A DNA stretch of 64,000 nucleotides from Saccostrea cucullata. Lineage: Eukaryota. Made by a program: the position numbers and the translations under genes. The stretch covers positions 496,001 to 560,000 of the forward strand of contig NW_026918900.1 of the NCBI RefSeq assembly GCF_032062105.1, given 5' to 3'. Within the stretch, counting starts at the first letter, position 1. Each line of letters opens with the position of its first letter. Below the pieces are notes generated by a model. That model saw nothing but the letters and a program-made list of their open reading frames with translations, was not told where the DNA came from and made no database searches. Of the stretch, positions 27,483 through 40,300 are shown piece by piece.

Positions 27483-28763
27483 GCCCCTGGGTATTAAATA
27501 AACTAACTAAGTACATAGTTATGATGAACAAGAGTGCCTCTACTAAAATTGTGAATTTTATGGCCCCAGGGTCAGGGATTCTGGTGTTAGGGCGGGGCTC
27601 TATTGATTATATAGAGAAAATACATGAATTCTTTGAAAATCTTCTTCTCTGCTCCTGGGTATTAAATATACTAACTAAGTACATAGTTATGATGAGCAAG
27701 AGTGCCTCTACCAAAATTGTGAATTTTATGGCCCCAGGGTCAGGGGTTCTGGTGTTAGGGCGGGGCTCTATTGATTATATAGTGAAAATACATGAATTCT
27801 TTGAAAATCTTCTTCTCTGCTCCTGGGTATTAAATAAACTAAATAAGTACATAGTTATGATGAGCAAGAGTGCCTCTACCAAAATTGTGAATTTTATGGC
27901 CCCAGGGTCAGGGGTTCTGGTGTTAGGGCGGGGCTCTATTGATTATATAGTGAAAATACATGAATTCTTTGAAAATCTTCTTCTCTGCTCCTGGGTATTA
28001 AATAAACTAAATAAGTACATAGTTATGATGAGCAAGAGTGCCTCTACCAAAATTGTGAATTTTATGGCCCCAGGGTCAGGGGTTCTGGTGTTAGGGTGGG
28101 GCTCTATTGATTTTATAGTAAAGATACAAGAATCCTTTGAAAATCTTCTTCTCTGCTCCTGGGTATTAAATAAACTAAATAAGTACATAGTTATGATGAG
28201 CAAGAGTGCCTCTACCAAAATTGTGAATTTTATGGCCCCAGGGTCAGGGGTTCTGGTGTTAGGGTGGGGCTCTATTGATTTTATAGTAAAGATACATGAA
28301 TCCTTTGAAAATCTTCTTCTCTGCTCCTGGGTATTAAATAAACTAACTAAGTACATAGTTATGATGAGCAAGAGTGCCTCTACCAAAATTGTGAATTTTA
28401 TGGCCCCAGGGTCAGGGGTTCTGGTGTTAGGGCGGGGCTCTATTGATTATATAGTGAAAATACATGAATTCTTTGAAAATCTTCTTCTCTGCTTCTGGGT
28501 ATTAAATAAACTAACTAAGTACATAGTTATGATGAGCAAGAGTGCCTCTACCAAAATTGTGAATTTTATGGCCCCAGGGTCAGGGACTCTGGTGTCAGGG
28601 GGGGCTGTATTGATTATGCATGTATAGTGAAAAAACATTAAATCTTTGAATATTTTCTTCTTTGCTCCTAGGCTTTAAGCATATGAACTACCTATATAGT
28701 TATGAGCAAGGGACCTAATCTTCAAGAATTGTAAATTTCAAGACCCCAGGGTCAGTTGTACCA

Positions 28764-28794
<31 letters not shown>

Positions 28795-31279
28795 TGTTCT
28801 TATATACTAAAAATGAATGAATTGTTTGAAATGTGCCCCTTGGTATTTATCAAATATTTTTGAAAAGCAAGGATGCCTTTCCAAAAATTGTGCAATGTGT
28901 GGATCTAAGCCTAAGAGTAAAGGGTTCTTGTGTGGTAGCGGCACAACTGATTATTGCTGAATATTACTGATTTGTTGAAATGCATTTTTTGTTCCCCTAC
29001 CCTGCCTTTGGGTATTAAGCAACCAAACTAAGGAACTGTTAAGTGTATAGTTATGATGACCAAATTGTAAATGCTACAGCATCTGGCTTAAAACATGGAT
29101 CAAATTCAATCACTGGAAAGTTGTTGAATAATGCTCAGGTGACCTATAAGGCCCATGGGCCTCTTGTTTTCTATAGTGTCCAATTAACATTGTCCTGATG
29201 GAAAAAGGATTCGAATATACATAACATGCATAATAAAATCAATAAAAACAAAATTTTTTGGGGATAATTTTTGGCTATTTATTGCACTTATTATACAAAA
29301 GCTCAAAAAAGTCAACATATTTTATGTAAATAACATATTTGTGACATGAATACCACTAAAAGGCAATTTTAGGCCTTTTCAGATTTTACTTCGTTTTCCA
29401 GGATTATAAGTTCTAATACGCCCACCCAGTCTCATATGAGGAGGATAAAGCACCGCAATTTCTTTAGATCAATGCATGTCCTGATGAAAATCTTTGACCA
29501 TTCATCTTCTCCTTGAGATGCAGTCCCTCTTCTAAGCGGTAGCCATACTGATAATTTCCAGCTGAACTTTCCTTGCCAAACAAATGCATGACTAAATTTC
29601 GCATTTGCTGATCTATATCTATTAGACTAAACATCATAGTGACACCTGTTGCACATCATTTCCTTAAAACAACAACAAAAACCAATCTGCTTCATTGCAC
29701 TTCTATTTTATAATTATTCAATTTTTCTACAAAAATATCACATCAAAAAGAGTTCAATTGCGGTTGATCAAGACATTTTACGGGTCTTTACGAAACTATC
29801 CCCTGCCACCTTGGTAAGCAAGACAGCAGTGATTTTACTTTAATGTACTGATCGTATAAATTTCTTTGTCTAATATAATTTTGGAACATGCTGCATAGTT
29901 GTTTTTTTTTAAACTTCTATGGGTATTTCGGGAAAAGATGTTCACTCTTCGACCGATTCATCGAATCTTACGGAATCTCCCGAAGATTGCCGAATGACGA
30001 TCACCTGACTTGTATTTTTAAAGACAATGGCTGGTCATGTTACATCTACAATTTTCTTAGAGCAATTATTCTTGCGATTTTAATCAATCGTTATTGAATG
30101 ACTTTGGTGGGCTCAACCTGTGATTTGGTTTTATTAAAACTAAATTAAATTAGAAGATATGGCAAACAAACAAATTAGAGGAGTGTTCTATTTGAACAGG
30201 GTTTGCAAGCCATGCATATGAAGAAGAAAACTGTTAAGTAAATAGAAGCAACTGTTTTAATATTCAGGCGAACGGCTCAGTGTATCGAAAATCAATGAAT
30301 CTTGTCTTCTTAATCAAACAGCGAATCAATTAAGCAGTTTGCTTTGTGGTAATACACCACTATAAAATGTTCTATGCCAATATAGTTTGATGTCAAAATA
30401 CAAATAACTAGCTAATCAAATGTTTGCTTTCATTGTATTTTTAATGTGGTCGATGTCGGTGACTTCTATGTTTTTGACGGTAATAGTTCAAAAAAAGTCA
30501 GCTGTTCGGTTGAGTAAGATGCAAATAGATGATAATCGATAGCTATTGCTAAAGAAAGATAGCATATTTTTTACAATGCCTGAATGGAGTATATCATTTA
30601 AAAAATGCCATTTTATATCAATCAAAAACATTTACGACCTTATATATGCCCTTTGCATCATGTCATATATATAGACAATATAAGCAAAGTTTGTGAATGT
30701 CAAAATATAAAAAAAGCCTTTCTTGAGGTATTGCAGAGGAAACACCCACAGGTTTAGATATATATATATGTATTTCAGTGGACAGGGAAACCAATTTCGA
30801 ATTTCATCTACTAAAATATTCTTCAATATACAGTGTTTTTTTTTTTCAATATTAAGAAAAGACAGATTAAAAAGTCAATACCGCTTAATTAACAGTAAAT
30901 TACACTGTTCAGTTGTTCTCAAAAATATTTGAATCCTTCTTAAAAATTTTAATCTAATTCTCAAAGAAGAAAGAATTGAGTACTATTTTCTGACTTTATG
31001 ACGGAATCCACCTTTCCGAGCAGGAACCTCGATAGAAACTTAAACGATTTCCTTGTAACAGATCATTACTGTTAATTAAAATAGGCAAGAATTAGCTCAG
31101 AATAATACCGTGTTTTTACATAAGTTGAGATCGTTAAAGATTTTTGTACACTCAGGCATTATTGTATAAAAACTTGTCGGCCTAATGACCTGAGTATGTT
31201 TTGAAGATGTATACACATTTCATTTTTCTTCACCAGAGTTGCAGGATGTGATCTGAATATGGATCACGTACCCTTTCTG

Positions 31280-31335
<56 letters not shown>

Positions 31336-34300
31336 CAAGACTTTGGTCACAAAATAAGTAGCTAATTTCATTCTTATGCGGGTATACATGTATAAGTGTA
31401 TTCTATAATGCTTTTAAAAAGTTTACGCAAATGCTTTCTATACCCTTTATTTTTTTATTATAAATTCATCCCCACTGAACAATGAACAGTTACATGTAGC
31501 ACAATAGATAACAAGAAACATATTGACGCAAGCGTCAAAAATCGGCCGCAAACCAATTAATTCTTTCATACAATCAATTAGAAACTGAATTCTTTTATTT
31601 ATTTGTTAATTAATATATATCCCTGTGACATTAAACATTTGAATGCGACATCCCATGATTTTCTTCAGTACATAATACATGTAAAATGTATTTAAGCAAC
31701 TTACTCATAGCCCTCTGTGTCCCCGCACTCAGTAAGTTTATAAACGAACTCTCGCGGAAGTTTGATATTTAAGTAGTTTTAACACTTAACCATTAAAACT
31801 AACGTTTAAACTTATCTAACTAGAGACAGTTTAACATTAAATAAAACGTAACAAGTTTTCGACTATGTGGGGCTCCTCGCTCGCTCAGAGGATGTTGAAA
31901 CCCCCAACTCCCTCTAGATCCGCCAGTACATTTCTTCTCTATCTTGTTTTGGTGTGAGATGTGGCGGGAAAAGGTTTGGCATGTTGTAAAACGCGCTTTA
32001 TCCTTGTCTGTTGGAGTTAAATCTCCTAATATTCTGTCTGATAATAAATTAAGATTAAGTCATATTTTTGAAAAATTTCCGTATTAAAAGTACAATATAT
32101 ATTTATATTTACTCGTCAATTTAAATTATATATACAACAAATCCTGTTGAAGTAGAGAAAGTAAAGTTTGTTTAGACATGTATATAACGCGGTCCTTGCT
32201 TTAGACTATGCCCAACATATGTGCTTATTTCTCCGCACTTCAGTTACGTCGGAGTTTGTCAATCAGGATTGGATGAAACATTTAACCCATTATTCATAAA
32301 ATTTTAATTTTATGATTATTATGCGTTTTTATTTTACATTTAGACACTCTTTCTTAATAATCTATTACATGAATGTTAAATATTTTTTATTCAAATTGTT
32401 CTAACTCCGCAGAAACGCACGGTGACTTAAAACTTTCAAATCATATAACCGACCGCCTCCTGGCGGCCGGTAAAAACTGCTAGGGCCACCCCGGCTCTAG
32501 CGGGTCCAGAGCACGGGCTTTTTAGGGACTCACGGGCAATGCCAGGGTGATAAACACTTTTCTTTGCCTGAAAATTAAACATGTTATTATCATTTAAAAT
32601 GAGATTTGACCATATGGATAGTTATAAGAGGATGCATGCGAATTATGCGAAATGGGACTTTCGTTAAATGTGTTTTATCAATTTATGTGAGTTTGCAACA
32701 AATCAATATCTCATTTATGACGGCACTTTCCCTTAGAGGAAATATGTAAACTCTAACCCAATATTGACAGATTTTGTCGATAAAGCTATTTTAGTTCAAA
32801 GCGAATAATCGCACATAAATGATTCTTAGAATATTAAGTTCAACCTCTCTCTTTCTCTCTCTCCCTTACAACATTTTGAAAGAAGTTGCTAAATACTTGA
32901 CAATTCATTTTAACTCTTATTAATAAATGTTAAAACCCCAAACTTTGAAGAAAACAAGTATATCATCAGGCGCGGATCCAGCATTTTTTCCGGGGGGGGG
33001 GGGTCCACCTAAATTAAAAAAAATCCAAACAAAAATTTCTTGACAAGTAAAAAAAGAATACAAAAAAAAATAAAAATCCTTTTCCAAACCGGAAAAACCT
33101 ATTTCGTTGGGGGTAGGGTATTCTGAAGCATCATACATATAGGACTTTTCATACCAAATCCTCACACAGATGCAGGTTGGTGAGGGGGTGGGGGGGGGGG
33201 GTACGCGGTCACTTCTAGTTGGTTAAGTATATACCTGTATACGTGACTTGTACATTTAACACCCTAAAAATTCCACGTGGGGAGGGGGGGGGTCCGGACC
33301 CACCCCACCCACTCCCTATAGATCCGTCCATGACCATATGGTTTTGTTTGAAAAACTAAAATAATTAATTCAAGAAAAACTGTTGCATCTTGAATAGGTG
33401 GATGAATAAAACACTCAACAAAATACATCGATATGTCTAATCTGTGTTAATCTTATCGAGTTATCTGTAGGTAATTTTCAATTTGCGTCACTGCATTTGT
33501 TTATAATGAAGCAAGAGCAAGATTGCTTCGTTCTTTTTATTATGATACCACCTAACTGTATATATATAACTCAAAGCCTCTCATGCACTCAATGTTTTTG
33601 TTATCCCCATTTATTTCTCTGCAGACAGATGTATATGAAGCAGACAACGTTAACATTTGTTTTCTTTTCAATCACCTAATCCCGTTCCCATTTTTAAACA
33701 CCGCTTGAATCTTCTGTGTTTCGACTTGTATAATATGATTATTACAGCTAAGTGATGAGAGCTGTTTATCTATCAAGGACATTTTAATGGTGATTATACT
33801 AACTCTGTATTTATAGAAGATGTGCTTAAAACGTCGCTGAAATGTAATCAGGCAGCGCTTATGAACGCGATATCAGTCCTGTTTTATGATACAATATATC
33901 GATAGCTAGAAGGATTAATGTAGGTGTGGCCACAAAAAGGAAATTTAAAGTAGAATATCATGAATATACAAATTGACTCCTCATTTAGAATCATTGGAGA
34001 AATAATGCGCTCCTTTGTATATTTGATAGCTTACGTTGGGTATATTTCAGCCAAGAGAAAACACTTAGATTTAAGATCATACATTTGTGCGTTTCCTCGT
34101 TTGTCACAATTCATGTGCAGATGTATGAAAATAAAAAAATTATATAAAAATTCCAAGTATTTATTGACTAGTCAATAAATAAAACAAGAATGCCTTCAAC
34201 CTCACACCCCTATCCTAAACGACAGAGGCTGTAGCCTAGTTATAGAATTATATTTTAAATTAATGTTTTCTTTTTCAATTTCTGTTGTTGTATTTTTTTT

Positions 34301-37300
34301 TTAATTATTACCCCATTACAAGAATACGGTGATCAATACATTTACAGCCAAGGTTCGGGAGCTTTGGATTCTGCAAACTAACTTGACAAAGTTCTTATAC
34401 AATCATATCTTGTGATAGTTTTTGATTTGAACATATTTTATTATAAAACACAAAAGGATCAGAAACAAGTTCTTACAACTTACAAGTTCATGCAAGTGAT
34501 AGTTTTTATATTTACAAACAAAGAAATTCCAACATTCACACCTCCTTTTTTTAAAATATTGTATTTATGAATTCTTTGTCGCTTATTGCAAGTGCATTCT
34601 GATTTTTTTTTTTGGATAATTTTTCTCATTTGACATGTTTCGTTGAAGCGAATTTTTCTTAATGAGAACAATTGCTTTTATCGATACTACATGTATCTGC
34701 AGAGAATATACATTTTTGAAATCCTAAGTTGAAGTGATATATGAAGAAACGAATTTATTTATTAAAAATAAGTCAATGAGAGGAATTCAAAAAAGTCGTT
34801 CAAATTTCACCCTTTCTTGCACATTTTACTACAAAACTAGTCGTCAAATATTAAATAGAATCATGCATGATCTTTTGCTTGTAGCAAGGAAATAATTTTT
34901 TGTACAACAAGTCATTAATATTCACGATATAGCACTGAGCATGAAGGATTGAGAACGGCAATGCGTTCGGGGTAGAACGCGAAATATCCGAATTAAAAAG
35001 TCCTATTCCCATCCCATTCCAAAAGTAACTTTGCCGTACTCCGACTGACTAATTTAGATAGAGGATCGGTAAAACATGGCATTGATCACATTCCATTTAA
35101 AAAAATTAAGCTAAAATTAAAAGAGAAAACCACACTAAAATCAATATTGCACCATCCTTTGTTAGCATTTCCGGGTTCCTTTCACAAAGTTTTATCAACG
35201 TTCAATCCTTTCCAAAAATAGACATTTATTGGTTGAATTGGAATATAACTGAATCACGTGATCTGACCTGTGTGACTGAATGTTCGTGTGTCAGTGTCTT
35301 TGATGCCAAATACTTTTTTTAAATACTCACACATTAAATCTTTGCCTGTTAATTTACACATTTTCAGGGATTTTTTTCTTTTTTTCTTTTCTTAAGACTA
35401 GCACAAAAAGGGAAATATACATGATGGTAGTTTTCAGTACTTAAGAGAGGAGGACATGAACTACGACACTTGCGGCCTGCATATTGCCTTTTTATATAGA
35501 CTTTCATTTTTCTACGGTCTTGAATTCCAGTACAAATAGTTAAGATTCTTGTCATCCGGGATTTTGAGTTGATGATTCAAATGATGAAATCTTGCTTTTT
35601 GATTTAATATAATAAATTTTTATTGGTTGAAAGAACAATCTGTTAAAAAGCCAGTAAACATGTTTACGGTTAAAAGCACAATATGTTAACAAGTCAGTAA
35701 AGTATTCACGGTGTTAGACGCAAAAGATATATACAAATTACATGTAGTAACGCAGTAACAGGATTAGAAGCACAATTTTTGTGCTTTTAACCATCAACAT
35801 GCACACCGACTTGTTGATTGAATGTGCTTTAAACCGTTATTTTGTTTACTGACTTGTTAACAGATCGTGCTTTTAACAGTTGACATGTTTACTGACTTGT
35901 TAACAGATTGTGCTTTAAACTGTTAAGATGTTAACTGTCTGTTAACAGATTGCGCTTTTAACCGTTACATGTAACCTGTTTACTGACTTGTTTACAGATT
36001 AGTCATGTTTACTGACTTATTTACAGATCATGCAGCTAACCTGTTAACTGACTTGTTTACAAATTGAGATTAAGTTTACCGTTAACATTTTTACTGACTT
36101 GTTTACAGATTAGTGATGTTTACTGACTTATTTACAGATTAGTGATGTTTACTGACTTATTTACAGATTAGTGATGTTTACTGACTTATTTACAGATTAG
36201 GGATGTTTACTGACTTATTTACAGATTAGTGATGTTTACTGACTTATTTACAGATTAGGGATGTTTACTGACTTATTTACAGATTAGTGATGTTTACTGA
36301 CTTATTTACAGATTAGGGATACTGACTTATTTACAGATTAGTGATGTTTACTGACTTATTTACAGATTAGTGATGTTTACTGACTTATTTACAGATTATA
36401 GTGATGTTTACTGACTTATTTACAGATTAGTGATTTTACTGACTTATTTACAGATTGTGCGGTTAACCTGGTACCCGGTCCTACGTGACACTGTCTTCTA
36501 CCTCCTATCCGTTACAGCGCTAATCCTCACCATATACGACAACGAAGTTCAGTGGTGGGTAATTATTTGTAATTTGTTAACTATAATTATACATTTCTGA
36601 AATTTAATTATACACAGTAGAAAAAATATATATGTCATAATTTGTGATTTGCGGCAATAAGGATCCTATGATAATGCATAAATTCCTCATCTTGTTTAAA
36701 AACATGATATTTCGTTGTTCGATTTAATTTCTTTTGACAATTTTTTTATGCTTGTTCAATCCCCTGAACTGTTTGCTTAACTTCAAGATAATCTATTGGA
36801 GTACCAGTCAAAATTTTACAAATTTTGGACAGTGATCTTTTTTTTCTAATTGTAAATTTTGAATTTACCTGGTTATAAGTTATTATAAAAATTTTCAATT
36901 CAAAATTGACAATATCTAATACTGACCCTTCAGTCACTCTGTAGTTTGGAAATATAGGACTGACAATCTATTTTGGTGGCACTGCCTGTTTAGCTTATAA
37001 AAGAGTAATTCGATGTCTGGTCAGTCAAAAGATCAGCATATCTTTCCCTCTGTGCTGGGAATCTACAAGTTTCTATGGCCCAGGGTTATTAGCCTCGGGA
37101 AATGGAACACACTGACCTGTTAATTCCCAGCACTTTTGGGATAATATCTTTAATGTCTGCTGACTGATAAGAAATTGAATAATTTGTATTAATTTTTTCC
37201 ATAGCATCTGAGAATAACTTATCTTTTAGATATGATATCTAAAGCTATCAAAAATCATTTGGCAAAGAAAAATTTTATACATTTTATTTTCAAAATTTGA

Positions 37301-40300
37301 TCATTTTTGTATATCTTTATATGGAGCTCTTCTTCTAGAGGAGATCAATATAGTCTTCAAATGGTCACAATCACCCAGCCCTCTTAAATTGCTAATTTAA
37401 TTGATCAAAGTCATAAGATTTTGTTCTTATGTAAAACTTCAGTTGGATTTTATTATAAGCAAGATTTCAAGGCAGGTAATTGTTTAGGTCTTAATAATAA
37501 GGATTTCAGTAAAATTTGACTTGAAGAATTCGATAAGAGCATTGGACGTTTGCTGTTGGGTAATAATTATTGAATCAGTTCCTTTTAGCCTATATGTACA
37601 GAAAAGTCGTGTCTAGATATGCTGAATAGATCGATACATTATTGCTGTCTGTGGCTTAATTGCACACTATAGACATCTGAATTGATTTGAACATTGAAGG
37701 AAGATAAGTATAAAATGGCACTATATAATTGCGACTCTTTGATACATGGTTACTTAGTCCATACAACTATTTTAAAAGAGATCTTTTCGAATGGCTCGAC
37801 ATTCTATAGGAGTGTGTCGTAACTGCTTTCGATAAACGACAGAGCTAGTGGCGGTGGGTGGGTGGGGGTTAAATGTTTTAATACAATTTAATACAATACT
37901 ATACAATTAAACTTAAGAACAAAATGCTTTTCGAATCCATTACTACTAGAGTTACATTAATTTAACAAAATCTCATTATAAATACGTTGTATGGAGGTGG
38001 GGCAATTTTTACAACAGCATAACTTTTAAGTATTTAATTAGTTTGAAAATATTCATTGAAAGGTGCCCACAAACCCCAACCCTTTCTCTCCAAACCACGC
38101 ACACACAAAATATATTAAGTGTTTGGGGACCCCTTTTTTGCTTGTCAAAGAAATGGCAATTATATATCTTTAATTTATTTGATAATGTTTCTTTCACATA
38201 TGCTTTTAAATGAGAAACAAGCAACTTGTTGGATTAAAACCATTTAGTAAATACAAACATAACACTTTAAAAAGACATGTGACAAAATTTTAAGACATTG
38301 ACATTTCTTTTTACCCAATTTACATGAGTTTTTTTGTGTACCTTTCGCTTCCCTGTTGACTCATAAAACAAATTCTTTAAATAAAATTTTATGAGAAATA
38401 TTAAACTTTATTCAACTTCTAGTGTATCGTATATTTCAATCTCGTTCTTCAGTGTATAAAAATGGATATCCAGATTTTTGTTTCATGACATCCCGAAATG
38501 TCAGTATACGAGGATTAATGTGATAAAAATTGTTCACTGGATAAAATGTTCTAAAATAAATGTTATTACAAAAAATAAATGTATCTTAAAAGAAAAGACA
38601 CGGGTGCAAATTAGATTTTATTACTATCATTTGGTCAAAGACGAAGACCAATTCATATGATATTAATTAATGTATTTTATGTCACGTTCTGCTTGATATT
38701 TAAAGTTTGCTGAGGTACAAATTAAGTACCAGACGATTTTATAACAAAACTAGCAGTGAAATGATCTGCACGTGTATCATACGGAGATTTTTTTTTAGAC
38801 CTAGTAAATTCGGGTGAAACGCGTTCGTTGGTACATGTATTTGGAACGAACACATCTGCGAGATCAATTTTAATTATACTCTTCAATCTCTTTGATGTAC
38901 ATCCTAATACATTTTTATTCAAAGATCCGTAGACTTATTAAATTAAAGGCGAAACAAAGGTCACAAGACGCAAAGCTCTACTTTTGTAAATTCATTTGGC
39001 AATTTGGACTGACTTGGCAAGACTTGAAAGGGTTCCTTTGTCATGGTACATTATGGTGTATATATGTATATATATATAAAACAAAATCCCTGGGTTACTC
39101 ATTAAGCCTGATTCTAACCTTGAAACTACAAAAAAAAAAGAAGAATCAAAATGCTGACATGTAATCAAAAAGAAGTATCGAACTGGGAACTCTTCTTTTA
39201 AAGTTCACTGAAAGTGGTGCATATTTTGGCTAACCTTTGCCAATAACTATCCATAAAAACCTTGAGCATATTGTTTGTTATTCACAACTCTTATGAAAAA
39301 CACGGATTGCTACTATATTATAAATGAAGAAAACACAAGTAGGTACAAGAAATGTATAAATGCACCTCAATGTTGAGCGCATCGACACCCCAATGTCTTT
39401 AAAAACCGCTCTGACTTGAGCATTGTTTGAAAACAAGTGGAAGAGATGCAGCAATTACAGGAACACGGTGTGACCGAGTTTTCTGACATGTTCATCATAA
39501 TTAGTCCCGTTGTAATCCGGGAATAGTAATTAAGGCGCTCATCTTATCTTTCTGCAGAAGAATGTTAATCCCATCAGCTGACTTTTAATGTGGCGAACCC
39601 CCTTAAATCAGTTACAAAAGAACAGTATTCTTCCTCATGAACAAGGTCATAACTGATGGAGGAACACAAGCACAGGTTTTACCGATATGAATGTTAAATA
39701 TTAATTAGGATTCTTCTAATTAACACTTAGGTTATTATAGCGTTTCTCTGGAAAGGACGTTCATAAATTCACAATAGGAAAGTTTTCATTCAGTTTGGTT
39801 AAAACTCTTACTATATCGCCACTTAATAATTCACGCAAGAAAACTTCTCTATAGTAATCAAACAAATTACAAATAAAAAAAAAATAGTGTAAAGCTTTTG
39901 CACCCTTTTAGACATATCAATTGCTTTGCACAAGAGATTTCTAAATAAAGATATCAGATATACACTTTTGTCAATGAAGATTGTTGGAAATGTTAAGAAA
40001 ATTATTTTAATACAAGTACGCGTATTTTCATCGTCAAAGTCGGAGATAGAATTTTGGACCCCAAAAATCCTAATGAAAAGCAATAAATATGGTTTACATA
40101 ACGTACAAACTCAAATATGCCCAACATGCTCGTGATCTTCATGATTTAGAATAGTTCTTTAATCTTTACATTTGGCAATGTTTTCATTATATGCCAATAT
40201 TAATTTTAGGATTTGATCACGTAACCAACTTCGTGTCATATCCCAATGAACCTCTAAAAGTGATATTGTATGTCTTTAAAAATGTACGTTAAATTGTAGG

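Noticed and set aside
27446-28627. 393-aa ORF (and antisense ORFs 27943-28386 and 28447-28638) as a protein-coding gene
   Set aside because: It is seven translations of a 168-bp satellite unit inside a non-autonomous element. It has a GTG start in the track and no domain features.
36106-36430. 4-nt microexons (cag|ATTA|gtgatg) within each repeat unit
   Set aside because: GTGATG is a poor donor, the spacing between units is too short for introns, and inclusion would shift the frame.
36091-36456. 29-bp repeat array as a CRISPR array
   Set aside because: The units are head-to-tail with no unique spacers, there are no cas genes, and the context is a eukaryotic intron.
36555-36565. Alternative exon-5 donor TGG|gtaatt at 36559
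   Set aside because: Phase 0, incompatible with exons 6A and 6B (need phase 2) and exon 7 (needs phase 1).
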